A stretch of DNA of 64,000 nucleotides from Gammaproteobacteria bacterium (GTDB lineage Bacteria; Pseudomonadota; Gammaproteobacteria; UBA4575): positions 64,001-128,000 of the forward strand of contig CBDCUI010000009.1 of the NCBI GenBank assembly GCA_965222615.1, written 5' to 3'. Under the pieces are notes generated by a model. That model saw only the letters and a list, made by a program, of their open reading frames with translations, was not told the DNA's origin and did not search any database. Below are positions 49,721 through 59,566 of the stretch, one piece after another (the stretch's first letter is position 1; every line of letters starts with the position of its first letter). The translations under genes were made by a program, and so were the position numbers.

Positions 49721-49966
49721 GTGGCCGATAAGACCAATAGAAATGCTAAGGATGGCTCTTCAAAGACAATAGTTTTTCCGCAATCTAGAACTCGCCCTAA
49801 ACAAAGTAAACAGGAAGTGCGTGAACTCGGTGTTTCAAAATTTGCTAAACAATTAGGCGGTATTCAACCTAATCTAAAAGGACATTGGTGTAGTCGCTGC
49901 AAAGGGATATGGTATGGCTATGTAGGGGAGTGTGAATGTCCTGCCTGTGGTAATCGCAACGGCTAG
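49721..49966 (+). CDS. Small zinc-ribbon protein
   Basis: HWCSRC...CECPACG. Confidence 0.65.
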   Translation: MADKTNRNAKDGSSKTIVFPQSRTRPKQSKQEVRELGVSKFAKQLGGIQPNLKGHWCSRCKGIWYGYVGECECPACGNRNG

Positions 49967-50005
49967 GCGTTAACTCTTTCTTATCGATTTTCTTGAAATA
50001 GCTTG

Positions 50006-50046
50006 TGTAAATAATCTTTACAGTTTGCATATAAACTATGTTTACA
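50006..50046. promoter_or_regulatory. Candidate upstream activator sites for the hydrogenase promoter
   Basis: TGTAAA-TAATC-TTTACA (50006-50022) and TATAAA-CTATG-TTTACA (50030-50046). Confidence 0.65.
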
Positions 50047-50133
50047 AATAGGCTAATTTAAACCTAGATTCAACCTTTATATTTTCTCGCAATTTATTGA
50101 ATTTAAAAAATTAAATAAATTATATTATTCGTT

Positions 50134-50149
50134 TGGCACATAACTTGCT
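50134..50149 (+). promoter_or_regulatory. sigma-54 (-24/-12) promoter of the hydrogenase structural genes
   Basis: TGGCAC-ATAAC-TTGCT matches the consensus; IHF-like site around 50090-50102. Confidence 0.88.
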
Positions 50150-50209
50150 CGCTTAACTGAAAAAGCATTCATTGCTGAATAAAAACATACGTTAAAGCGG
50201 AGGAGTGAA

Positions 50210-51172
50210 ATGGCCAATATCATGTGGTTACAGGGTGGTGCCTGTTCGGGTAACACCATGTCTTTTCTAAACGCTGAAGAACCAAGTGCCTGTGATCTAG
50301 TTACTGATTTCGGCATGAATGTGCTTTGGCACCCATCGCTCGGCATGGAATTGGGCGACAACCTGCAGCAAATGTTGCGCGATTGTGTTTCTGGTGCAAT
50401 TAAGCTCGATATCTTTGTATTTGAAGGTACGGTAGTAAATGCGCCAGGTGGTACCGGGGAGTGGAACCGTTTTGCTGGGCGCCCAATGAAAGAATGGGTT
50501 CGTGAATTAGCCGATGCAGCAGATTTTGTGGTGGCCATTGGGGATTGTGCGACTTGGGGCGGTATTCCTGCAACGGCACCTAATCCTTCTGAATCACAGG
50601 GACTACAGTTTTTAAAGCGAGATCATGGTGGCTTCTTGGGGGCTGACTTTAAGAGTAAAGCTGGTTTGCCTGTTATTAATATTCCCGGATGTCCATGTCA
50701 TCCAGATTGGGTGACACAAATACTTGTGGGCATTGCAACCGGTAGAGCAGGTGATTTGGCGTTAGATGAATTTCAACGTCCAAAAACATTCTTTCAAAGT
50801 TTCACGCAAACCGGTTGTACTCGAAATATGCATTTTGCATACAAGGTTTCTGCCACCGAGTTTGGTCAGCGCAAAGGATGCCTGTTTTATGATTTAGGTT
50901 GTCGTGGACCAATGACCCATTCACCTTGCAATCGAATATTGTGGAATCGAGTTTCCTCAAAAACGCGTTCAGGTATGCCTTGCTTAGGTTGTACGGAACC
51001 AGAATTTCCATTTTTTGATCTCGCTCCGGGAACGGTATTTAAAACCCAAACCGTTATGGGTGTGCCAAAAGACTTACCAACGGGGGTTGATAAGAAAGGT
51101 TACGTCAAGCTCACTGGTGCAGCAAAAGCTGCAATGCCGGCGTGGGCAGAACAAGACATATTCGTCGTTTAA
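50210..51172 (+). CDS. [NiFe]-hydrogenase small subunit, group 2a type (no Tat signal)
   Basis: WLQGGACSGNTMSFLNAEEP (Asn in the proximal cluster motif), PGCPCHP, QTGCTR..GCLF..GCRG. Confidence 0.92.
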   Translation: MANIMWLQGGACSGNTMSFLNAEEPSACDLVTDFGMNVLWHPSLGMELGDNLQQMLRDCVSGAIKLDIFVFEGTVVNAPGGTGEWNRFAGRPMKEWVRELADAADFVVAIGDCATWGGIPATAPNPSESQGLQFLKRDHGGFLGADFKSKAGLPVINIPGCPCHPDWVTQILVGIATGRAGDLALDEFQRPKTFFQSFTQTGCTRNMHFAYKVSATEFGQRKGCLFYDLGCRGPMTHSPCNRILWNRVSSKTRSGMPCLGCTEPEFPFFDLAPGTVFKTQTVMGVPKDLPTGVDKKGYVKLTGAAKAAMPAWAEQDIFVV

Positions 51173-51195
51173 TTTTTACTAAGGAGTCATAAAAA

Positions 51196-52797
51196 ATGTC
51201 AGCACAAGTACAGACTCTAGATATTTCTCCAGTCGGACGCGTTGAAGGGGATCTTGATGTCCGCGTCGATGTTGAAGACGGCGTAGTCGTTAATGCATGG
51301 ACTTCAGCAGAATTATTTAGAGGGTTTGAAATCATCTTACGCGATAAAGATCCTCAAGCCGGTTTAGTGGTAACCCCACGTGCCTGCGGAATATGTGGTG
51401 CATCTCACTTAACTTGCGCCGCATGGGCATTGGATACTGCATGGCAAACCGAAGTACCTAGAAATGCCATCATTGCGCGTAACTTAGGTCAACTCGCTGA
51501 AAGTATTCAGAGCCTACCAAGGCACCACTATGGTTTGTTCATGATCGATATGACCAATAAGAATTATCAGAACAGTCAGTATTATGAAGAAGCAGTAAAA
51601 CGTTGGGCGCCTTTTACCGGTACAAACTATGAACTAGGGGTGACCATTTCCGGAAGACCCGTAGAGATTTATGCGATGTTGGGTGGCCAATGGCCGCATT
51701 CCAGTTATATGGTTCCAGGTGGCGTGATGTGTTCACCAACCTTAACCGATGTGACTCGTGCCTGGTCGATTCTGGAACACTTTCGTACCAATTGGCTAGA
51801 GCCAATGTGGTTTGGCTGTTCCTTAGAACGCTATGAAGAAATTCAAACCTATGATGATTTCATGGCTTGGCTCGATGAAAAACCAGAACATGCCAATTCT
51901 GATTTAGGCATGTACTGGCGTATGGGAATGGATGTTGGCCTAGATAAATATGGCAAAGGTTTGGGGAAATATGTTTCTTGGGGGTATTTACCTCATGAAG
52001 ACAAATATAATCGCCCAACCATTGACGGTCGTAATGCGGCCGTGCAAATGCCTAGTGGTGTTTATGATAGTGCCACCGATACGCATAAGTTGATGAATCA
52101 AAGTTTTGCACGTGAAGATGTTACACACTCTTGGTATGTAAACTCAGATGGGCCTGTACATCCGTTCGATCGCACCACGCAACCTGTTCCTAAGAATGAT
52201 TCGGATTATAACGATAAATATTCTTGGGCGACTGCAGTTATGCATCATGAAAATGGTCATCTAGAGGCAGGCCCATTAGCAAGAGAATTGATCTATGGCG
52301 GCGATCATATGGAAAGCTGGCAGCATAGGGATGGACTGGTATTGGATATGTGTAAAAAAATGGGTGGTGCAAATGTGTTACTACGACATTTTGCACGAAT
52401 GCATGAAGCCAAGTACCTGTATCGACAAATTGAAAGATGTCTACGCGAATTCCGTTTAGATGAACCTTTCTATAACAAGCCTAATGAAACAGACGGACAA
52501 GGATGGGGAGCCACCGAGGCGATTCGTGGTGCATTGTGTCATTGGATAAAGGTTGAAGGTGGCAAGATTAATAACTATCAAATCATTGCACCTACAACTT
52601 GGAATGTTGGTCCACGTACCGGTGAAGGTGAGCGAGGACCAATTGAAGAGGCACTGATTGGTACTCCGATTGCTGATCCTAGCGATCCTGTCGAAGTCGG
52701 TCATGTTGCACGTTCGTATGATTCTTGTTTGGTATGTACGGTGCATGCACATGACGCGAAAACAGGCAAAGAATTAGCAAGATTTCAAACCTCTTAA
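51196..52797 (+). CDS. [NiFe]-hydrogenase large subunit, group 2a type
   Basis: L1 PRACGICGASH; L2 RSYDSCLVCTVH followed by a cleavable tail. Confidence 0.93.
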   Translation: MSAQVQTLDISPVGRVEGDLDVRVDVEDGVVVNAWTSAELFRGFEIILRDKDPQAGLVVTPRACGICGASHLTCAAWALDTAWQTEVPRNAIIARNLGQLAESIQSLPRHHYGLFMIDMTNKNYQNSQYYEEAVKRWAPFTGTNYELGVTISGRPVEIYAMLGGQWPHSSYMVPGGVMCSPTLTDVTRAWSILEHFRTNWLEPMWFGCSLERYEEIQTYDDFMAWLDEKPEHANSDLGMYWRMGMDVGLDKYGKGLGKYVSWGYLPHEDKYNRPTIDGRNAAVQMPSGVYDSATDTHKLMNQSFAREDVTHSWYVNSDGPVHPFDRTTQPVPKNDSDYNDKYSWATAVMHHENGHLEAGPLARELIYGGDHMESWQHRDGLVLDMCKKMGGANVLLRHFARMHEAKYLYRQIERCLREFRLDEPFYNKPNETDGQGWGATEAIRGALCHWIKVEGGKINNYQIIAPTTWNVGPRTGEGERGPIEEALIGTPIADPSDPVEVGHVARSYDSCLVCTVHAHDAKTGKELARFQTS

Positions 52798-52805
52798 AGA
52801 GAGTT

Positions 52806-52843
52806 ATAACGCCGGTGTTTTCCGTCCACTGGCGTTATTTTTT
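52806..52843 (+). terminator. Intrinsic terminator after the large subunit gene
   Basis: ATAACGCCGGTG-loop-CACTGGCGTTAT followed by a T-run. Confidence 0.8.
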
Positions 52844-52881
52844 AAATCATGCTGATAAACACTAATAGGGAGTCGTGATTA

Positions 52882-53196
52882 GTGAGTAATGCCGATGACG
52901 ATGCATTGCGAGATCGAATCGCTAGATTGATGCAAAATGGTTTGGAGACATTAACCGAACCGTTTCCAGAAGATAATCATCAATTCGAAGACATACTCGA
53001 ACAACTTCGTGGACTAAATGACGATAATCTAGAAGAAAAACTCGTCATATCTGGCTTTGTTGATCATCCTTATGGGCCTGATGAACAACGTTGTCTTGAG
53101 TGTATGTACTACCTTGTGCACCGCAAATGGTGTGATCTTCCAGAACTTGCCGTACCAGTCGAGGCGGATTGGTGGTGCAGGTTGTGGAGGATTTAA
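52882..53196 (+). CDS. HiPIP-like four-Cys protein, paralogue 1
   Basis: CLECMYY-x6-C...WWCRLW. Confidence 0.6.
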   Translation: MSNADDDALRDRIARLMQNGLETLTEPFPEDNHQFEDILEQLRGLNDDNLEEKLVISGFVDHPYGPDEQRCLECMYYLVHRKWCDLPELAVPVEADWWCRLWRI

Positions 53197-53220
53197 ATTC
53201 ATTTTTACTTACCTTAAACC

Positions 53221-53571
53221 ATGGGTCCCGAGAATCAAGATTCAGTCGCGAGCGCAACTTCTATAGATGAGAACTCACTTAGACAAGCTTTAAAAGCGCG
53301 TTTATCTCATTTGAAAACAGAAATTGAGCCTCGTGCATACAGCCATGAAGAAATTCTAGAAATAGTTTCCAGGCTGCAAAAGCTGGATGACGACGATTAT
53401 GACGAAAAACTTGTTACCGCTGGGTTCACATTAGAACCATATGGTGAAGCAGATGATGAACAAGCTTGTGAGACCTGCATGTATTACCAAGTACATCGAA
53501 AGTTTTGTGAGCTACCCGAGCTTATGCTTCCAGTAGAAGCAGAATGGTCATGTCGTTTGTGGAGAATTTAA
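53221..53571 (+). CDS. HiPIP-like four-Cys protein, paralogue 2
   Basis: CETCMYY-x6-C...WSCRLW. Confidence 0.6.
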   Translation: MGPENQDSVASATSIDENSLRQALKARLSHLKTEIEPRAYSHEEILEIVSRLQKLDDDDYDEKLVTAGFTLEPYGEADDEQACETCMYYQVHRKFCELPELMLPVEAEWSCRLWRI

Positions 53572-53604
53572 TAAATAACAACAAAAAGCAAAAAAGGGGA
53601 ATTT

Positions 53605-54234
53605 ATGAACTTGAATAAAGTATTGCGTGATTTGTCTGGAGCAACGATTAGAATTATTGCTTGCTTATCTATTCTATACCCAGTTATAGGTCATACCGAA
53701 GCAGGGGATTGGATGATACGAACAACGATAATTGGTGTAATTCCAGATACCGATTCAAAGTCATCTATTGGCTTAGATCTCGATGCCGATGATGAAGCAT
53801 CAGTGGCAGTAGATGGTACTTATTTTTTTACTAATAACATTGCACTAAATGTGTTGGCAACATTTTTAAGTCCTGATATTGATTCTGATGTTGGTGATCT
53901 TGGATCAGTGGATTTAATTCCACCAATATTTACACTGCAATACCATTTTTCTCCTGGAGAAACTGTCAGCCCATATGTTGGGATAGGGTTTAACTACAAT
54001 ATTTTCTATAATGAATCTGGACAACTCGACGCCTTGGATGTAGATGTAGAAAATACATTTGGTTTTGTTGTCCAAGCAGGTATGGACTACGGAATAAATG
54101 AAAATCTTTCATTTAATTTAGATTTAAAATACCTGACATTTGATGCAGATGTCGATATTGATGCTTTAGGTGTAGAAGATGAGCTTGAATACGATGCCTT
54201 CATTATTGGAGCAGGTTTGGGCTACCGTTTTTAG
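53605..54234 (+). CDS. OmpW/AlkL family outer-membrane beta-barrel
   Basis: AGDW, PPIFTLQYHF, PYVGIG and C-terminal GYRF. Confidence 0.9.
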   Translation: MNLNKVLRDLSGATIRIIACLSILYPVIGHTEAGDWMIRTTIIGVIPDTDSKSSIGLDLDADDEASVAVDGTYFFTNNIALNVLATFLSPDIDSDVGDLGSVDLIPPIFTLQYHFSPGETVSPYVGIGFNYNIFYNESGQLDALDVDVENTFGFVVQAGMDYGINENLSFNLDLKYLTFDADVDIDALGVEDELEYDAFIIGAGLGYRF

Positions 54235-54558
54235 GCTAGTAATATTTTGTATTTTATTCTGTCGGAGTTTAAATGACAGATGTCGCTTATAATAAAGTTG
54301 TTGTTTGCCTTGATGACTTTGATACACAAATGCTTCAATTAAATAATTGAAAGCTAGATAAAGTATTTCAAGGCAAACAAGATAATTTTTATTTCGCTTA
54401 TGGCGAAGCGATGTCACACGCCAGCTACTACATTGGTAAATGTCCGGTTGGAATACGTGCTGCAGAAGATCATGGCAACTTTTTTTGGGAGGTTTACCTG
54501 CAGATAGTAGGGTAGATGCGTTAAAATTGATAATTGTTTCAATACGTATTCTTAAGTC

Positions 54559-55035
54559 ATGCTATCTATAATTGGCTGTGGAAATCCAAATCGTCAAGAT
54601 GATGGTGTAGGTGTTCATGTAGTTCAACGATTAATGGAATCTACCAAGGACCTCCATGCTGAAAATATACGTATATTTGATGCCGGGACTTCAGGAATGG
54701 ACGTCATGTTTCAGGCCAGAGGCAGTGATTCCCTAATTATTATTGACGCCAATCAAAGCGGTTCTAAAGCGGGAAGCATCTTTCAAGTGCCTGGTGAAGA
54801 ATTAGAAAATGTTCCTGAGCCAAGCTATAACCTACATGATTTTCGCTGGGACCATGCGCTTTACGCCGGCAGAAAAATTTATAAAGAAGATTTTCCAACA
54901 GACATTACCGTATTCTTGATTGAGGCAGAGTCTTTAGACTTAGGTACGGAATTGACGCAAAGCGTCGAACAAGCTTCTAATAGAGTGGTGGAATTGGTGT
55001 TAGAACGAATCGGCACTTATCTAAGTAAAAAATGA
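54559..55035 (+). CDS. Hydrogenase maturation protease
   Basis: IGCGNPNRQDDGVG, DAGT and H-D-F-R. Confidence 0.92.
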   Translation: MLSIIGCGNPNRQDDGVGVHVVQRLMESTKDLHAENIRIFDAGTSGMDVMFQARGSDSLIIIDANQSGSKAGSIFQVPGEELENVPEPSYNLHDFRWDHALYAGRKIYKEDFPTDITVFLIEAESLDLGTELTQSVEQASNRVVELVLERIGTYLSKK

Positions 55036-55331
55036 TGCACCAGATGACTCTAAACAACGGAAATTTGTACTTAAATAGTGACTTATGTGATACATATTTT
55101 AAATCAATCGATTCAGTTGCTTTATTGCGAAAAAATTCTAAATTCTTATTAGTACCGGTACAACAAGCAGGAGGTGGTCTGCTTTTAAAGATTCGTAATG
55201 TAAAAGGAGATCGGGTAGTGCATGCGATAGAGTTTTTTCAAAGTCATGGTATAGAAACTAATAAACCTATAACACTAGATGTAGAATGGAATTCAGACTA
55301 TGCTGCTCTAACATTTGAAATAACAATTTAG
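55032..55331 (+). CDS. Hypothetical protein coupled to the maturation protease
   Basis: ATGA overlap; GGGLLLKIRN..GDRVV. Confidence 0.65.
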   Translation: MMHQMTLNNGNLYLNSDLCDTYFKSIDSVALLRKNSKFLLVPVQQAGGGLLLKIRNVKGDRVVHAIEFFQSHGIETNKPITLDVEWNSDYAALTFEITI

Positions 55332-55341
55332 GCGTAGGTTT

Positions 55342-55683
55342 ATGGGTTTTTATGCTTTCAAGGTAATTGTGACCGTTGCCATCATTATTTTAGTCACCGA
55401 AATCAGTAAACGAGACACAATTTTCGGCGGTTTAATTGCATCCCTGCCACTCATATCTTTTCTATCTTTTATTTGGTTATATGTGGATACACAAGATACC
55501 AATAGAATTGCGCAACTTTCCATGCAAATATTTTGGCTAGTAATTCCGTCGCTGTTTTTTTTCGTAGCCTTTACTTGGCTAATTAAACTTCAATTTGGAT
55601 TTGCCATAAGCATGGTGGCAGCAACCATCGTTATGCTTATCGGTTATGGCATTACTACCTATCTATTGAGACAGTTTGCATAA
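55342..55683 (+). CDS. DUF3147-like membrane protein
   Basis: EISKR...GGLIASLPLIS. Confidence 0.7.
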   Translation: MGFYAFKVIVTVAIIILVTEISKRDTIFGGLIASLPLISFLSFIWLYVDTQDTNRIAQLSMQIFWLVIPSLFFFVAFTWLIKLQFGFAISMVAATIVMLIGYGITTYLLRQFA

Positions 55684-55700
55684 GTATATAAGGAGAAACC

Positions 55701-56108
55701 ATGTCAAAGGCTAAACTTACTTGCACACATCCAATAATGAAATCGATTCAATGGATTGAGTGGGCTGGCTTAGCATTAATAACGATCGCGACAATTATTG
55801 CTATTCTTCAAGAGGTCTACACAGTTTTTTTAAAACAACGCGTGGAACTACATGATATCTTGTTATTATTCATATACTTAGAAGTAATGACCATGGTTGC
55901 CTTATATCTCACCAGCGGCAAGCTTCCTGTTCGTTATCCAATTTATATTGCCATCGTTGCTATAGCTCGTTTTGTAATCTTAGATATGAAAGAACTTGGG
56001 GCAGTTGATGTAATCTGGCTTACAATTTCGATTTTAATTTTAACGATTGCAGCGTTAGTGCTTCGATATGGAACAACTGCTTTTCCATATAAGGAAAATA
56101 TAGAGTGA
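55701..56108 (+). CDS. PsiE family membrane protein
   Basis: DILLLFIYLE and PVRYPIYIAIVAIAR. Confidence 0.85.
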   Translation: MSKAKLTCTHPIMKSIQWIEWAGLALITIATIIAILQEVYTVFLKQRVELHDILLLFIYLEVMTMVALYLTSGKLPVRYPIYIAIVAIARFVILDMKELGAVDVIWLTISILILTIAALVLRYGTTAFPYKENIE

Positions 56109-56124
56109 CAATAAATTACAGGTA

Positions 56125-57339
56125 TTAGATCTTAACCTGCATAATTTTCCACATAATGAATACGCCAAGTGCGCCCCATAAGGCCATGGCCAATATCAAT
56201 AGCCATCCAAGTACAGTCGTGTATAGCAAACTAAATGTTTCTGGTTGAAAGGTATTTAAAATCCAAGCTAAAAAGAAGGGGATGATTCCAATTATAATTG
56301 CTTGTGCTCGACCTTCTGCAGTCATGGTTAGAATTTTCTCTTTTACGCGTTGCCGTTCGCGAATAATATAAGCAATATTTTGAAAGGCTTCGGGCAAGTT
56401 ACCGCCTGTTTCAGCTAAGGTCGCAGTTGTGTTGACTAACACCTTAGTATCTTCAGTAGGCATACGAACCGCTAACCCAGACATGGCATCCTCAAGAGAT
56501 TTTCCAAGTTGGTACTCTTTTAATAACAATCCGAATTCTTGATTAGTAGGGATAGGCATTTGTTTAGCTACAACTTCAAGAGATTGTTGTAAACTGAGTC
56601 CAGCTTGTAAGGCATTACTCATGATGCCTAAAGTGTCTGCAAGCTGTTTATCAAAACGTTGCATTCTACGTTTGCGCAGATGAGAAATTATACCTCCTGC
56701 TAACTTGAAACCTAATAATCCAAATATTGTGCAGAATAATATGCGCAAGAATAAGTAACCAAGGCCTTCATCTTTTGAGCCATAGAGCGAATCGATATCT
56801 ATGCTTGTTTTACTTGCTTCTGCTGCACGCCGCATCTCAAAGTCTGCATTGGTGAATTCTTTCATAAGTTGGTAGGCGTAAGCCAAGTTAGAGTGTGCTT
56901 GACTATAGTTAGGTTCTAACTTTGTGGCACGTTTAAAATTTGAAATGGCATCTTCAAGATTATTCATTCCGAGATGACTAACGCCCATTTCGTTGTAAAC
57001 TAAAGGTGATTTGCTACGTTGGTAGTTAACTAGCATATTTAATGCTTGCTCATAGAGTCCGTGTTTATTTAATCGCATCGCATCATCAATCACTAGTTGA
57101 TTGATGCCAGAAAATCCACTAGGCAATAGAAAACCAATAATCGCTAAAATAAGTGCACTAATAGGTATAATTGTACTGGCAAGTTTTTTGGGATTCTCGA
57201 TAAAGAGAGCATCTAAATCATCTTCAGCTTTATTGCGTGCAATGGTCCATGATGTGCCTCCACCCCGTGCGGCATAACGTGTTATCAGCCAACTTGCGGC
57301 TAATAATGTTGCTAAAAATACGACAATTAAATAAAGCAT
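56125..57339 (-). CDS. tadB: TadB (T2SS-F family) with inserted TPR domain
   Basis: QLADTL...AG.SL, GGNL and LTMTAEGR; TPR between the TM segments; start reassigned to ATG 57339. Confidence 0.8.
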   Translation of the reverse strand: MLYLIVVFLATLLAASWLITRYAARGGGTSWTIARNKAEDDLDALFIENPKKLASTIIPISALILAIIGFLLPSGFSGINQLVIDDAMRLNKHGLYEQALNMLVNYQRSKSPLVYNEMGVSHLGMNNLEDAISNFKRATKLEPNYSQAHSNLAYAYQLMKEFTNADFEMRRAAEASKTSIDIDSLYGSKDEGLGYLFLRILFCTIFGLLGFKLAGGIISHLRKRRMQRFDKQLADTLGIMSNALQAGLSLQQSLEVVAKQMPIPTNQEFGLLLKEYQLGKSLEDAMSGLAVRMPTEDTKVLVNTTATLAETGGNLPEAFQNIAYIIRERQRVKEKILTMTAEGRAQAIIIGIIPFFLAWILNTFQPETFSLLYTTVLGWLLILAMALWGALGVFIMWKIMQVKI

Positions 57340-57355
57340 GATGTTGTTTTTAATA

Positions 57356-59434
57356 TTACGATGACCAGAAAATTTCTCGTGGTATAGGTACTCCTGAAGT
57401 TTCAAATTTATCAACGCATTTAGGAATATATCCTGTGGATACAAAGCTACCTTGGATTTTCCCATTTTCATCAGGTGGAAGTTGCTCAAAGATAAAAACA
57501 TCTTGCACATCAATTATGCCATCTTCGATACCTGTTACCTCAGATACTTGAAGAATGCGCCGTGAGCCATCTTTAAGTCTTCCAATTTGAATCAATAAAT
57601 TTACAGCACCAACTATTTGTTCACGAATTGCTCGAGAAGGAAGCTCAAGTCCGGTGAACATCACTAATGTCTCTAAACGAGTTAAGGCTTCACTTGTGGA
57701 GTTCGCGTGTATAGTAGTCATGGAGCCATCATGACCCGTATTCATAGCTTGCAACATATCTAAAGCCTCACCAGAACGACATTCTCCAACAACAATACGA
57801 TCTGGTCTCATACGTAATGCATTCTTTACTAAATCACGAATTGTGACTTCACCTTTGCCTTCAATATTTGGCGGACGAGCCTCAAGTGTTACCACATGAG
57901 GTTGAACAAGTCGTAATTCAGCTGAGTCTTCAACGGTAATGATGCGTTGATCTGCAGGAATAAATGAAGATAGTGTGTTCAGCAAAGTGGTTTTACCGCT
58001 ACTAGTTCCTCCAGACACAATGATGTTAAGTTTACTTACAACCGCAGAATTCAAGAAATCTGAAAGTTGTTTGTTTATAGTGCCAAAAGAAATTAAATCA
58101 TCTATTCCAAATACCGTTTTTGAAAATTTTCGTATAGTTAAAGTAGCTCCTTTCAATGCTAGAGGAGGGATGATGGCATTCACTCGGGAGCCGTCGGCGA
58201 GGCGCGCATCGACCATAGGTGAACTTAAATCTATGCGTCGGCCTAGTGGCGCAACAATGCGCTCTATAATACAGCGCAACTGATTTTCAGAAAGAAATTT
58301 TTGTGATGTTATTTCAAGTTTGCCTTTTCGTTCGACATAAATTTGGTCCCAGCGATTTACCATTATTTCTGTTATAGACGGATCATCCAATAGATCTTCT
58401 AAAGGTCCTAACTTTAATACTTCTTGTAATACTTCTACTACAATGCGGTCTCTTATATCGCGTTGTCGAATGTCTGTTTCATGATCGAGTATTTCAACAA
58501 TGCGGCTGCGAACAATATTTTCTAACTCGCGAATCTTCTCAGGATCATCTTGTACTTCAGTATCAAGTCTTTTTAAATCAGGCAAGTGTAAAACTTTTTG
58601 ATGTATGTCTAGTTTCACGCGATCTAAATCTTCTTCGCTAGGCACGCTTGAAGATTTAGATTTTATAGATAGATCATTTTCATGTTGCAGCAGTCCAGAA
58701 GAAGGTTTTTGCAATAGTTGCAAAATTAGTTTTTCTAATTCTTTGCGTATTGGAGATTTAAGGGAGGCCTTTTTGTCGGTTTCCAAGTAAGGGAAAGGGG
58801 TTTGTAGATGTTTAGGGATAACTGCCGATAAATCTACACCCATATGAGTTTTTACCCATTCTGGTGTGATCGACTCATGGCCATTACGCATATTTAATGC
58901 AACATGCATTAAGGTATGAGTAAAGTTTCTTTGTTGTAAAAGCTCAAGATCTTCAGTAGTACTGCGTAAACTAACTGGATCGCTTTCAGTTAATAAAATA
59001 ATACCATCGGCTAAATCCATAATACTTTGTGCTAACGGGCCAAGAGGTAACCCTAAGTCAACAACGATGAACCGATAACGCTGCGAAATCTTTTTGAGTA
59101 ATGTTTTTAATAACTCCGCATTTTCATCTGTATCCGGTGTACTTTGTGATTTACCACTTACTAATCCAAGCAAATTAATTCCTGACAAATGATTAGTAGC
59201 ATAACTCGCCAATACATTTGGGTTAATGGTGCTAGCCATTGGTAACAAACTATCTACATAACGAATTCCATTTACGTTTAATGCAGCAGGCACATCGTTA
59301 GAAATTGGAACGTTACAATCCAGTAACAACACAGCTGACTTAGTTTCTTCATGAAGTCCTGTGGCAAGATTCACAGCAGCAAACGTTTTGCCTGCGCCTC
59401 CCTTAGAACTATATGTGGCATACAAGCGTGCCAT
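57356..59434 (-). CDS. cpaF: CpaE/TadZ (MinD-like) fused to CpaF/TadA ATPase
   Basis: KGGAGKT at the N-terminus; [22 protein letters not shown] and AMNTGHDG. Confidence 0.88.
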   Translation of the reverse strand: MARLYATYSSKGGAGKTFAAVNLATGLHEETKSAVLLLDCNVPISNDVPAALNVNGIRYVDSLLPMASTINPNVLASYATNHLSGINLLGLVSGKSQSTPDTDENAELLKTLLKKISQRYRFIVVDLGLPLGPLAQSIMDLADGIILLTESDPVSLRSTTEDLELLQQRNFTHTLMHVALNMRNGHESITPEWVKTHMGVDLSAVIPKHLQTPFPYLETDKKASLKSPIRKELEKLILQLLQKPSSGLLQHENDLSIKSKSSSVPSEEDLDRVKLDIHQKVLHLPDLKRLDTEVQDDPEKIRELENIVRSRIVEILDHETDIRQRDIRDRIVVEVLQEVLKLGPLEDLLDDPSITEIMVNRWDQIYVERKGKLEITSQKFLSENQLRCIIERIVAPLGRRIDLSSPMVDARLADGSRVNAIIPPLALKGATLTIRKFSKTVFGIDDLISFGTINKQLSDFLNSAVVSKLNIIVSGGTSSGKTTLLNTLSSFIPADQRIITVEDSAELRLVQPHVVTLEARPPNIEGKGEVTIRDLVKNALRMRPDRIVVGECRSGEALDMLQAMNTGHDGSMTTIHANSTSEALTRLETLVMFTGLELPSRAIREQIVGAVNLLIQIGRLKDGSRRILQVSEVTGIEDGIIDVQDVFIFEQLPPDENGKIQGSFVSTGYIPKCVDKFETSGVPIPREIFWSS

Positions 59435-59566
59435 GACTAGATAGTATTTAAGTGAAATATGTAATAGTAAGTTTGTTAAAATCAAACTTACTATTAATAT
59501 AAAATGTTTGAGAGTTTATGTTTATGAGATTTGGCATAATAACCTCAACATATACTAATTATATTC

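Noticed and set aside
54351-54515. Short frame containing GKCPVGI, reminiscent of a glutamate synthase Cys motif
   Set aside because: Too short, other Cys residues are missing, and there is no clear RBS; cannot be supported as a pseudogene
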